Made by a program: the position numbers and the translations under genes | The notes under the pieces: model-generated | The model's input: only the letters and a program-made list of their open reading frames with translations | The model's database searches: none | What the model was told of the DNA's origin: nothing | Shown: piece by piece, positions 39,039 through 49,193 of the stretch | Layout of the letters: each line of letters opens with the position of its first letter | Numbering within the stretch: the first letter of the stretch is position 1 | From: Candidatus Poribacteria bacterium | GTDB taxonomy: Bacteria > Poribacteria > WGA-4E > WGA-3G | Length of the DNA stretch: 64,000 bases | Direction: 5' to 3' | Assembly: GCA_965215265.1 (NCBI GenBank) | Contig: OZ244048.1 | Coordinates: 2,496,001-2,560,000, forward strand

Positions 39039-40505
39039 TCATTGAGCGGTTGTGCTGTTCCTGCTGGATTTAGATGAGAAGAGCTCAAGTACTTTCAATT
39101 GCTTCATAGCAGCGACAACTTGTGGGTCTTGCTCGAGTTCGTCCTGTGTATTTTCAGTGATTTGGGCAATAGCATATTTCATGCCGGCTTCGCTGAGAAT
39201 AATCTGTTCTTCGGTGAGTTCATCGACTAAACGTTGGTATGTACGCAGGAGTTTGGATGCTTGCCGGTCGTCTCTTGGTGCGTTTTCTACGGTTTCCAAT
39301 TGTGCCAACACATCGTCGCCGTTTTCAGCAATAAAGGTTTTGATTTTTTCGTGTTCTCGGAGTTTCAACTGCATCTGCTGCTCTGACCGGCTAAACCCGT
39401 CGGATTCGATGTCTGGGGTGATTCCGATTTTGTCGATATTGGTGCCGTTCGGGGTATAGTAGTTGGCAACAGTTAATTTGATTGCGGCTTTTGAATTGCT
39501 GAGTTGCCAGATGCGTTGTACGGAAGCTTTTCCGAATGTTTTCTGGCCCATGACGAGTCCTCGCCCATGGTCTTTGATGGCGCCGGCGACGATTTCAGAG
39601 GCACTGGCACTTCCACTGTTGACGAGTACAATTAGTGGAAATTTGTCTCTTGCGATGCCCTTTGCGTTAAAATCCTGTTTCTGTTTTCCCTGGCTGTAAA
39701 CGACGAGTTGCCCGGGTTCGAGAAAGTCGCTGGCGATATCGATCGCAGCCGTGAGGAGTCCGCCTGGGTTGAAGCGGAGGTCGAGAATGACACCACGCGT
39801 CTGTTGTGCTTGGAATTCGAGCAGCGCTGCATCTACGTCAGAGGCGGTTGTCTGAATAAATTGATTGATTTTGAGATAGCCGATGTTGTTGCCGATAATG
39901 GCTTTTTCGACGCTGGGGATGCGAATTACATCGCGCGTAATTGTGAGTTCAATGGGCTGGCTCTCCTTTGCGCGAATGATGGTAATGGAGACGGCGGTGC
40001 CGGGTTCGCCTCGCAGCTGCCCGACTGCGTCGTCCAAGCTCATGACGGCTGTGGATTCGCCTTCAATCTGGCTGATGATGTCCCCACTTTGCATTCCGGC
40101 AGCGGCAGCAGGGGAGCCCTTGAAAGGCGTAATTACAGTCAGCATGTCTTCCCGGATGCCGATGGTCATGCCAAGTCCGGCGTAATTGCCACGGTTTTTG
40201 GTACTGAGCTCAAGATAGTCTGGTATAAATTGGCTGTACGGGTCCAAAGTGCGGAGCATCCCGGTGATTGCGCCCTCTATGAGTTCCTTTGTCTCCGGTG
40301 CCTCCAGATGCTGCTGTTTAATGTAAGCCAAGATTTCTGAAAACTGTGCTAGGTTCTCTAACAGTTCGGCATCTGCCGGGTCTTCGGTTTCTTCGGTGTT
40401 CGCATTAAGTGTGAGAGAAGCGATGATGAGAATTGTTAAAACGAGACAGACAAGATGTTTGATGTCATAAAGTCTCTTCAGGCGATGAAAATAGGTTTTG
40501 TTCAT
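39039..40505 (-). CDS. ctpA: S41 C-terminal processing peptidase
   Basis: LDPYS, PDZ domain, DLRFNPGG, SASASEI, TFGK, YYTPNG. Confidence 0.92.
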   Translation of the reverse strand: MNKTYFHRLKRLYDIKHLVCLVLTILIIASLTLNANTEETEDPADAELLENLAQFSEILAYIKQQHLEAPETKELIEGAITGMLRTLDPYSQFIPDYLELSTKNRGNYAGLGMTIGIREDMLTVITPFKGSPAAAAGMQSGDIISQIEGESTAVMSLDDAVGQLRGEPGTAVSITIIRAKESQPIELTITRDVIRIPSVEKAIIGNNIGYLKINQFIQTTASDVDAALLEFQAQQTRGVILDLRFNPGGLLTAAIDIASDFLEPGQLVVYSQGKQKQDFNAKGIARDKFPLIVLVNSGSASASEIVAGAIKDHGRGLVMGQKTFGKASVQRIWQLSNSKAAIKLTVANYYTPNGTNIDKIGITPDIESDGFSRSEQQMQLKLREHEKIKTFIAENGDDVLAQLETVENAPRDDRQASKLLRTYQRLVDELTEEQIILSEAGMKYAIAQITENTQDELEQDPQVVAAMKQLKVLELFSSKSSRNSTTAQ

Positions 40506-40548
40506 TTTTGTTTGACTCCTTGGAGCGTCAGGAAAAGTGTGAGATTTT

Positions 40549-41031
40549 TCATGACCTCCTCAATAGACGAGAAAATTGGAGAGTTGGCGTACGAAAAGCG
40601 ATGAAGGCGGCAGCTGCGCCGTAGAGCCAGTCGATGTGGCTCATGCGATGACGCATCAACTCCCATACGGATTGTCCGTTAAAGACAGTTTTGGCGATAG
40701 GTGCGGCTTGCTCTGCAGACATGTGATGTTCTTGTATGAGTTGTTGTGTAATCTGTGCCACGGCATTCCATTGCACGTCCAGATATTTTCCGATGAAGAT
40801 ACCGATAATGGCGAAGAGAGCGCTGGCGACAGTCACGATGTTCCATGCCGTTTTAGGATGGTTGTGGAGACTGAAGCGACTCGTGAGGCGTATCCCTATC
40901 CCGGTGAGTACACCGATGCCGATGGCGATGAATTCTGCAGTGTTCCCTGTCCACTGTATATATTTTGCCCAGAGGATTCCCCCGGTGGCTGCGCCCAGGA
41001 GCCCGCCAAGCGGTACGGTGAGAATGTTCAT
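40549..41031 (-). CDS. Hypothetical membrane protein
   Basis: Several hydrophobic Gly-rich segments; lies between gatA and ctpA on the same strand. Confidence 0.7.
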   Translation of the reverse strand: MNILTVPLGGLLGAATGGILWAKYIQWTGNTAEFIAIGIGVLTGIGIRLTSRFSLHNHPKTAWNIVTVASALFAIIGIFIGKYLDVQWNAVAQITQQLIQEHHMSAEQAAPIAKTVFNGQSVWELMRHRMSHIDWLYGAAAAFIAFRTPTLQFSRLLRRS

Positions 41032-41139
41032 ATTTTTGTCGTTCCGTTGCGTCCCTGCCAATGTGCGTGTGACATTTGCGTGGAGCAGTCAGATGTCTTG
41101 TGAAAACAGAGAGGCTTGCTCGCCTTGTTGGGCGGGTTC

Positions 41140-42606
41140 CTATCCGTCCAGATTTGGCTTGTGCCGGTGATGTTCAGTATTTTGCTCAAACGTATATGCA
41201 ACGCGCAGGAGTTTTTCCTCTGCGAAGGGTGCGGCGAGGAGCTGCAAGCCGACGGGGAGTCCGCTATGGACAAAACCACAAGGTACTGAAATACCGGGTA
41301 ACCCTGCATGGCTTGCAGGTGTCGTCATTACGTCGGAGAGGTACATCTGCAGCGGGTCTGCGGTGCGTTCACCGATTTTGAATGCCGGTGTGGGCGATGT
41401 AGGCGTTGCGATAAGATCGACCTTCGCCCAGGCGGCATCAAAATCGGATTTGATCAAGGTTCGTACTTTCTGTGCTTTTCGGTAGTATGCATCTTGGTAG
41501 CCGGCACTCAGTGCAAAGGTGCCGAGCATGATGCGCCGTTTAACCTCTTGCCCGAATCCCTGGCTCCGTGTTTTTTTGTACATAGTGAGCAGATCTGTTG
41601 GGTGTTCGGAACGGTAACCGTAGCGGACACCATCGTATCTCGCGAGGTTGGCGCTGGCTTCCGCTGGGGCGATAATGTAGTAGGTAGCGATGGCGTATTC
41701 AGTATGGGGCAGCGAGATATCTACAATAGTAGCCCCGAGGTTCTCCAAGGTAGCGATAGCCTCATGCACCGTGTCTGCGACGGCTGGTTCTAAGCCGTGG
41801 GTAAAATACTCCTTTGGTATACCGATTTTCAAACCGTTTACATCGTTGATGAGGCTCTGCGTAAAATCTGGTACTGGGAGTTCTACGGAGGTCGAGTCCA
41901 TCTCGTCGTGCCCACAGATGGCATTGAGAAGGAGCGCGCAATCCGTTACATCTTTAGAAAATGGGCCGATTTGGTCTAGTGATGAGGCGAATGCGATCAA
42001 GCCGTAGCGGGAGACACGGCCGTAGGTGGGTTTCATGCCGACAACGCCGCACAGTGCTGCGGGCTGTCGGATGGACCCGCCGGTATCTGAGCCGAGGGAA
42101 CAGATGGCTGTATCAGCAGATACAACGGCTGCTGAGCCGCCGCTGGACCCGCCGGGGATGGTGTCTAGGTCCCAGGGGTTGTGCGTGAGTTGGAAGGCGG
42201 AATTTTCGGTAGAGGAGCCCATGGCGAATTCGTCCATGTTGGTTTTTCCGAGCATTACAATGCGCTGCTCGTGAAGTTTCTGCATCACGGTTGCATCGTA
42301 AGGCGGCACAAAATTGCTGAGTATTTTAGAGGCACAAGTTGTGCGCACCCCTTTGGTGCATATTATATCTTTAATGGCAATAGGTATGCCTGCTAAGGGT
42401 GGCATGTCGTCGCCGCGTTGGAAGCCTTCATCCGCTGCGTTTGCTTGTTCTAGTGCGCTCTGTTTAGTGAGCGTCAAGTAGCCTTTAACGTGCGGCTCCA
42501 CTGCCTCTATGCGAGCATAGAGAGCTTCTGTTAACGCGACGGCGGTAATTTCGCGTGCTTTGAGTTTTTCGTGTAGTGTGTGTGCTGTTAATTCGTAAAG
42601 GGACAT
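41140..42606 (-). CDS. gatA: Asp/Glu-tRNA amidotransferase subunit A
   Basis: [39 protein letters not shown]. Confidence 0.97.
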   Translation of the reverse strand: MSLYELTAHTLHEKLKAREITAVALTEALYARIEAVEPHVKGYLTLTKQSALEQANAADEGFQRGDDMPPLAGIPIAIKDIICTKGVRTTCASKILSNFVPPYDATVMQKLHEQRIVMLGKTNMDEFAMGSSTENSAFQLTHNPWDLDTIPGGSSGGSAAVVSADTAICSLGSDTGGSIRQPAALCGVVGMKPTYGRVSRYGLIAFASSLDQIGPFSKDVTDCALLLNAICGHDEMDSTSVELPVPDFTQSLINDVNGLKIGIPKEYFTHGLEPAVADTVHEAIATLENLGATIVDISLPHTEYAIATYYIIAPAEASANLARYDGVRYGYRSEHPTDLLTMYKKTRSQGFGQEVKRRIMLGTFALSAGYQDAYYRKAQKVRTLIKSDFDAAWAKVDLIATPTSPTPAFKIGERTADPLQMYLSDVMTTPASHAGLPGISVPCGFVHSGLPVGLQLLAAPFAEEKLLRVAYTFEQNTEHHRHKPNLDG

Positions 42607-42619
42607 TCAGTTGTGCTCC

Positions 42620-42916
42620 TTACGCGGTTTCAATTACTCTGGGGACTCCGAAATATCCAGTTTCTGCTTCAGGTGCATTAGCGAGTACCTCTTCGCGCGG
42701 ATAGGAGGGTTTAACGATATCCGGCTTGGTGACATTTTGGAGTGGGTGGATGTGCGATGTGGGTGGTACGTCATCCGTCTCCAATTCATTCAACTTTCCG
42801 ATATAGTCCAAGATTCTGGCAAGCTGCTCGGTGAAGTGTTGCGTCTCTTCGTTGTTAAATTCGAGACGTGCTAAGTTTGCGACGTGAAGTACGTCTTCGG
42901 TGTTAATCGTTGCCAT
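42620..42916 (-). CDS. gatC: Asp/Glu-tRNA amidotransferase subunit C
   Basis: HVANLARL, VPPTSH, LANAP..YF.VPRVI. Confidence 0.95.
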   Translation of the reverse strand: MATINTEDVLHVANLARLEFNNEETQHFTEQLARILDYIGKLNELETDDVPPTSHIHPLQNVTKPDIVKPSYPREEVLANAPEAETGYFGVPRVIETA

Positions 42917-43124
42917 GATTTTTGTTGTCTCCTAACGGGCCTGGTAAGGCTTTTTGTATCTCTCCGTACCATCATCACTTATGTCGCGATGTCTTGTGTG
43001 TAAATCTCGTCAGAGCCTTCTTAGGTTATGATTCCTCAAAAACTTTTCGCGCAATCTCTTCAATCTCGAATGGACTAAACAGATACGTCCTACCGGCCCT
43101 TGTTGCTTGTGAGTTTCGACTTTT

Positions 43125-45359
43125 TTAGACGGGTTGCAGGGAGGTATATGCTGCTGCAAATTCCTTCATCAAGCCTGTGCGCTGAAACCGTACTCTCACG
43201 AATGCATTCTTTCCGTAGCCACTGATTTTTGTTATTTTCCCTCTTCCAAATTTCGGGTGATGTACAATCTGGTTTACTTGGTAACTAAGTTCCGCTTCTT
43301 CTACCCCATATTGTCCTTCCGTTTCGCGGAATGGAGAGCGGTACCGGTCGACATGCTTGATGAGGTTATCAGGTATTTCGGAAATGAAGCGGGATGGCAC
43401 CCGATATTCGTTTTGCCCATACGTCCGCCGCGAGGAGGCATGTAGGAGGTAGAGTTGCTCCATTGCACGCGTGATACCGACGTAACAGAGTCTCCGTTCT
43501 TCCTCTATTGCCGCTTCTGTTGCCTCATCAGTGGAGCGTTTATGCGGGAGAAAGCCCTCCTCCATCCCGACGATGAAAACAAATGGGAATTCTAAGCCTT
43601 TCGCGCTGTGCAGTGTCATAAGCGGTACCATATCGGTATTCTTGTCTGTCTTCATAGTATCTATATCCGCGCTGAGTGCGACGTTCTCCAGATAATCCGA
43701 GAGGCTTGGTTCTGTGATGCCGCTTTCATATTCTGCGATGGCGTTCATGAGCTCCTCAATATTCTCGACGCGGTTCTGTGCTTCTATGCTGTGCTGCTCC
43801 TCGAGCCGTTTGAGGTAACCGGTTCTTTTCAAGACGTGTTGGAGTGCATCGGAGGGCAGGTCTGCGGCATCAAAGTCGTCAAAGATTTTGGCGAAACGGT
43901 GGACCTTTGCTTGGATGCTGCGATTAATTTGGGGGTTTTCCGCGACGCGTTGGATTGCCTCAAAGAGAGACATGCCGCGGTCTGCGGCAAAATCGACAAG
44001 CCTTTGGAGCGTTGTGGCACCGATGCCTCGCGCTGGAACGTTAAGAATACGCCGGACGCTCATTGAATCGTCGCGGTTGCACAAGACGCGGAGGTAGGCG
44101 AGCAGGTCTCTGATTTCCATTCTATCATAGAATCCAACGCCTCCGATAATCTGATAAGGTATGTTGGCAGTTCGGAGTGCTTCTTCAAAGTTTCGGGATT
44201 GTGCGTTCGTGCGGTAAAAGATGGCGAAATCTGAGTAATCGATGCCGTCAGCGTGCCAATCCTCAATTTGCGTTATAACGTAACCTGCCTCGTCATTTTC
44301 ATCCATCGCCTCGTAGCATGTGAGTAGCGCGCCGGTTTCGTTTTTCGTCCACAACTTTTTATGACGGCGGTGGACATTGTTGTGAATGACGCACCACGCT
44401 GCATCCAGAATATTTTGGGTCGAACGGTAGTTCTGCTCCAACCGAAGCACGCGTGCGTGTGGATACGTCCGCTCAAAATCGAGGATATTCTTGATGTCTG
44501 CGCCTCGAAACGCGTAAATAGACTGATCATCATCGCCAACGACACAAAGATTCTGCTTTGTGCCTGTTAACAAGCGTATCAGTTCATATTGGCAGGTATT
44601 GGTATCCTGATACTCGTCAACGAGAATATATTCGAACTGGTTCTGATAGTGTTTGAGAACGCCTTGGTTTGTCTCAAAAAGTTCTAACGTCAAAAGTAGC
44701 AGATCATCGAAGTCGACGGCGTTGTTTTGACGTAGGGTGTCCTGATACCTCGGGTAGATTTGAGCAACGACGTGCTCAAAGTAGCCATCTGCCCGGTCTG
44801 CGAATGTAGAGGGGTTGACGAACTCGTTTTTGGCGCGGCTGATATGGCTGAGAATTGCCCGTGGATTATACTGCTTGTCATTGAAGCCGAGTTGCCGGAG
44901 GATATCTTTCACAAGGGTGGCTTGTTCGCCGGAATCAAAGATGGTGAAGTTCCGGTCAAGGTATTTTGTATTATCATTCGAAGTTGGTTCTTTTGTTGTA
45001 TCTGCGGGCTTCGTCATCTCGTCAGCGAAATCTTCACGGCTGCCTAACTTCTCAATATCTCGTCGGAGGATGCGAGCACAAGTGGTGTGGAAGGTGGCTA
45101 CCCAGAGGTTACGGCTGGCACCTTCTTCTACAAGTGCATCCAACCGTTCCTTCATTTCATTCGCTGCCTTGTTGGTAAATGTTACGGCGAGAATGCGGAA
45201 CGGGGAAACGCCACACTGCTTGAGCAGGTAAGCGACACGGTGGGTGATAACCCGTGTTTTGCCGCTCCCTGCGCCTGCGAGAATAAGAAGCGGCCCCTCG
45301 GTATGGAGCACAGCTTCGCGTTGTACATCGTTTAAGGATTTTAATTGGGTATCGGTCAA
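43125..45359 (-). CDS. pcrA: UvrD/PcrA DNA helicase
   Basis: AGAGSGKT, DEYQD, GDDDQSIY, QNYRS, TLHSAKGLEF, EERRLCYVGITRA. Confidence 0.95.
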   Translation of the reverse strand: MTDTQLKSLNDVQREAVLHTEGPLLILAGAGSGKTRVITHRVAYLLKQCGVSPFRILAVTFTNKAANEMKERLDALVEEGASRNLWVATFHTTCARILRRDIEKLGSREDFADEMTKPADTTKEPTSNDNTKYLDRNFTIFDSGEQATLVKDILRQLGFNDKQYNPRAILSHISRAKNEFVNPSTFADRADGYFEHVVAQIYPRYQDTLRQNNAVDFDDLLLLTLELFETNQGVLKHYQNQFEYILVDEYQDTNTCQYELIRLLTGTKQNLCVVGDDDQSIYAFRGADIKNILDFERTYPHARVLRLEQNYRSTQNILDAAWCVIHNNVHRRHKKLWTKNETGALLTCYEAMDENDEAGYVITQIEDWHADGIDYSDFAIFYRTNAQSRNFEEALRTANIPYQIIGGVGFYDRMEIRDLLAYLRVLCNRDDSMSVRRILNVPARGIGATTLQRLVDFAADRGMSLFEAIQRVAENPQINRSIQAKVHRFAKIFDDFDAADLPSDALQHVLKRTGYLKRLEEQHSIEAQNRVENIEELMNAIAEYESGITEPSLSDYLENVALSADIDTMKTDKNTDMVPLMTLHSAKGLEFPFVFIVGMEEGFLPHKRSTDEATEAAIEEERRLCYVGITRAMEQLYLLHASSRRTYGQNEYRVPSRFISEIPDNLIKHVDRYRSPFRETEGQYGVEEAELSYQVNQIVHHPKFGRGKITKISGYGKNAFVRVRFQRTGLMKEFAAAYTSLQPV

Positions 45360-45634
45360 TGTTTATCCCTTATCGCATAGTATTTGTGGGAAATGCGCCG
45401 TCGCTTTTTTATGTAAGTTTTTAATCGGCGCTTGAAATGCCCCAACTTTATTCTGTAAAGTATATACGATTTGGATTAATTTTGCAAGCGGAAATTTCGA
45501 GCGGTATTTCGTTTAAGGAAATGTGATAGTCATGTTCTGTGCTGAAGGGTGAATCAAGTGATAAGTAAGGTGGTAAAACTGCGGCTGTTGCTGCGTTTGT
45601 TTCGCATTTGTACTGCCCTTCAGGATAACGCTCC

Positions 45635-48586
45635 TTAGTTAAGGTATTGCTTCAAAAACCGCCCGGTATGCGATTCGGGTGCTGCTGCGATTTCTTCGGG
45701 TGTGCCTTGGGCTAACACTTGTCCCCCTTTATGCCCACCCTCTGGGCCGAGGTCTATGACATAATCGGCGGTCTTTATGACATCCAGATGGTGTTCAATG
45801 ACGATGACAGTATGTCCGGTATCAACGAGCCGGTTCAGGCTGTCCAATAGTTTCTGAACGTCGGCGAGGTGGAGCCCCGTGGTCGGTTCATCCAAGATGT
45901 AGAGATTATGCTTACCGCGCTTGATTTTCCCCAATTCGCATGCGAGTTTAACGCGCTGTGCCTCACCACCCGAAAGAATGGGGGCTGGGTGTCCGATCTG
46001 GAGGTAACCCATGCCGAGTTGGTTAAGCACACTTAATTTGTGGTGAATGAGGCGCTGGTCTGCAAAGAATTCTACGCCGTCTTCAATAGACATCTCCAAA
46101 ATCTCGGAGATGTTTTTGCCGTTATATGTCACCTCGAGTGTATCTTGATTATAGCGGGCACCTTTACAAGTGGGGCAAGTCACCTCGACATCAGGCATAA
46201 AGTGTAGTTTAGTAGTGATGGTGCCTTCGCCGTGGCATTCTTCGCACCGTCCGCCTTTGACGTTAAAACTAAACCTGCCCATGGCGTAACCCCGTGCTTG
46301 TGCTTGGGGTGTATTTGCAAACAGTTTTCGGATATTATCATAAAAACCGATGTAGGTTGCGGGATTAGAACGTGGGGAACGTCCGATGGGAGACTGGTCG
46401 ATGTTAATAACGTCGCTCACGTGCTCGTGGCCTTTAAGTGCCTCATGTGCGCCGGAGAGGATGCGGCTATCATGATAGATGGAATAAAGTTTTTTGTAGA
46501 GAATTTCGTTCACAAGTGTGCTTTTGCCGGAGCCGGATGCGCCTGTGACACAGATAAACGCCCCCAAGGGGATGTCAATATCAATATTGCGCAGGTTGTT
46601 TTCTCTTGCTCCGGTGACGCTCAGGCATTTGCCGTTGAGAATGCGGCGTTGTATGGGAAGCGGAATCTGCTCTTTTCCGCTCATGTAGAGTCCTGTCAAA
46701 GAGACTGTGCTTTTGAGAATGGTTTCGAGAGGTCCCTGTGCGACGATGTGTCCGCCGTGGACACCTGGGCCTGGTCCGAGCTCGATGATGTGATCTGCGG
46801 CACGAATGGTGCTCTCATCATGTTCAACGACGATAACAGTGTTTCCGATGTCGCGCAGCTTGTGCAAGGTTTCGATCATTTTGACGTTATCTTTAGGGTG
46901 TAAACCGATGCTGGGTTCATCAAGTACATAGAGCATTCCCATTAACCCTGAACCTATCTGTGTGGAGAGTCGGATGCGCTGGGATTCTCCGCCGGAGAGC
47001 GTTGCGGAACGTCGATTGAGGTTCAGATAGTCCAGTCCAATGCCGAGCAGTAGGTTAATCCGTTCGACGAGTTCCTTGATGACGCGCTGCCCTGCCTCGC
47101 GTTGCTTTTCAGGGATTCCGGTAATCTGTAACAAGAAATCCCTTAATTCCTCAAAGTGGAGTTCGCCGACATCATGAATTGTGATGTCTTTGATTTTAAC
47201 GAGGAGGCGTTGCAGTTTGAGTTTTGCGCCGTTGCAATCAGGGCATGTGTGTTCCACCATGACTTTTCGGAGATATTCCTCCATGCCGGAGTGTGCTTCT
47301 CCCTGTTTTCGGTAGTGTCGGTAGTGCCGGTCAATGCGGGTAATGATTCCGTCAAATCGTATTTTTCTGCCGAGGTGTCGTTTTTCGATCGGCTTTGCAT
47401 CTTCAGGTTGACAGATGGGGAATTCCTCGCCGCGTGTGCCGTGGAAGAGAATATCGACGATATGCGGTGGGAGTTGAGCAAAAGGTGTGTTCAAGTCAAA
47501 TCCGTAGTGTTTAGAGAGGCTGTATAGGGTTCTGCCGTCCCACCGATCCGGGTCGTAGCTAGTGGTTTGATGTGCGAATGTCCCTTCAACGATGCTGCGC
47601 GTTTTATCTGGGACGAGCAGATCTGGGTGGACCTGGAGGTATGTGCCGAGTCCGGAGCATGTGACGCATGCGCCTGTAGGTTCATTAAAGGTGAAGTGGT
47701 GTGGTCCCAATTCGCCCATGAGTACTCCGTGTTCGGGGCATCCAAAATCTGTGAGCAGGCGTGCGATTTCTTGTTCGTATTGCGGTTGTTCACTAGGAAT
47801 CGGTATAATTTCGGGTGGGGTGGCCACATTATTCTTGGGTGGAGGGTTTGCCGCCGCGTCCATTTCAGGTGGGTAGACGACAAAGCTCATGAACGCTTCC
47901 CCAACCAGCATGGTGTGTTCAAGCGAGGCGAGCACCAGTTTGTCAATATCCTTTTTAATAAAGAATTTGTCAACGATGACTTGGATATCGTATTCTTTAT
48001 CTGCATCCAGTTGAATTTCGTCACTGATGTCGTGTTGTACGCCGTCAATACGGACGTGGCGGCATCCTTTTGTGCGGATATCGTCAAAGAGGTAGTCGTA
48101 ATCTTCCCCGTAGATTTTGAAGACTGGTGCGTGAATTTCAACTTCGCTGCCTTCAGGTAATGAAAGGAGGCGCTCCAAGATTTGGTGTGGTGTGCGGGTG
48201 GGTATTTCGCGTTCACAGTATGGACAGTGCGCGGTGCCGATGGTTGCGAAGAGCATCCGGAGAAAATCTTGCAGATCGGTCATGGTTCCGACGGTGGAGC
48301 GCGGGTTCATTGTTATGGTTTTCTGTTCAATGGAAACAACCGGGGAGAGCCCATCAACGAAGTCGACATCGGGTTTCTTAAGTTGGGTGATGAAACGTTT
48401 GGCATAAGTGGACATGGATTCCAGAAAACGGCGTTGTCCCTCTGCATAGACGGTGTCGAAAGCCAATGAGGATTTACCGGAACCACTGATGCCTGTGACG
48501 ACAACGAGCTGGTTTCTGGGGATCTCGACTTCTATATTTTGGAGGTTATTTTCTCTCGCGCCTTTGACAGCAACGGTTTGTCTCAT
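45635..48586 (-). CDS. uvrA: Excinuclease ABC subunit UvrA
   Basis: Two ABC ATPase cassettes (GSGKS, LSGGE), Zn fingers, YAEGQRR. Confidence 0.95.
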   Translation of the reverse strand: MRQTVAVKGARENNLQNIEVEIPRNQLVVVTGISGSGKSSLAFDTVYAEGQRRFLESMSTYAKRFITQLKKPDVDFVDGLSPVVSIEQKTITMNPRSTVGTMTDLQDFLRMLFATIGTAHCPYCEREIPTRTPHQILERLLSLPEGSEVEIHAPVFKIYGEDYDYLFDDIRTKGCRHVRIDGVQHDISDEIQLDADKEYDIQVIVDKFFIKKDIDKLVLASLEHTMLVGEAFMSFVVYPPEMDAAANPPPKNNVATPPEIIPIPSEQPQYEQEIARLLTDFGCPEHGVLMGELGPHHFTFNEPTGACVTCSGLGTYLQVHPDLLVPDKTRSIVEGTFAHQTTSYDPDRWDGRTLYSLSKHYGFDLNTPFAQLPPHIVDILFHGTRGEEFPICQPEDAKPIEKRHLGRKIRFDGIITRIDRHYRHYRKQGEAHSGMEEYLRKVMVEHTCPDCNGAKLKLQRLLVKIKDITIHDVGELHFEELRDFLLQITGIPEKQREAGQRVIKELVERINLLLGIGLDYLNLNRRSATLSGGESQRIRLSTQIGSGLMGMLYVLDEPSIGLHPKDNVKMIETLHKLRDIGNTVIVVEHDESTIRAADHIIELGPGPGVHGGHIVAQGPLETILKSTVSLTGLYMSGKEQIPLPIQRRILNGKCLSVTGARENNLRNIDIDIPLGAFICVTGASGSGKSTLVNEILYKKLYSIYHDSRILSGAHEALKGHEHVSDVINIDQSPIGRSPRSNPATYIGFYDNIRKLFANTPQAQARGYAMGRFSFNVKGGRCEECHGEGTITTKLHFMPDVEVTCPTCKGARYNQDTLEVTYNGKNISEILEMSIEDGVEFFADQRLIHHKLSVLNQLGMGYLQIGHPAPILSGGEAQRVKLACELGKIKRGKHNLYILDEPTTGLHLADVQKLLDSLNRLVDTGHTVIVIEHHLDVIKTADYVIDLGPEGGHKGGQVLAQGTPEEIAAAPESHTGRFLKQYLN

Positions 48587-48823
48587 CAGTTTTCTCCTTC
48601 TTTAGCCTAAAACGGCTCTGGCAAGATTTGTATAGGCGTTATCAGAGCAGCCGCCTTCAAGGCACTCCAATAGACAAAAATAAGACAAAAAGCTACAATA
48701 CAAATATGTCTGTTATGGCTGAACGGTTACATGAAAAAATTTAAAATCTTTAGTGTGTCTAAGGTTATGAATGGGTTTGTAGATAGTATACACAATTCGA
48801 ATTTGCCTGAGTGGCTCCGTCTT

Positions 48824-48849
48824 AAAAAGTTACCGTACGGTAACTTTTT
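48824..48849. promoter_or_regulatory. 26-bp perfect palindrome upstream of uvrA (operator or terminator)
   Basis: AAAAAGTTACCGTACGGTAACTTTTT. Confidence 0.5.
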
Positions 48850-49193
48850 TCTGTTTTTGGTAACTTTATAAACTATGCTTGAAAACTCAATCGCTGTATG
48901 GGTTTATAGCCGTTTTTTTTCTAAAGTTTTCCGAAAAAAAAAGGAAAAGTGTAACAATTTTGATGTTTCGGATTACAAGGGTTTATTTTTTTTATCCGTT
49001 GCAATCAGGAGAGCAGCCCTCAGTCCGTTCCGTTTCAAGGGCGTTGCATTCCAAGGGGCCGTAATTATGGGATTGGCTTAGGGCGGAAGTGTGCCGGTAA
49101 CAGGCGCTAAATCGCTCTCCTACAAAATAGCATGATTTCGTGCTGCGGTGGCATTCGACCTTCCGCCTTGATTCACGTACTGATCGGTTCTAT

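Noticed and set aside
41140-42916. Absence of gatB beside gatCA
   Set aside because: A split gatCA/gatB arrangement is common in bacteria.
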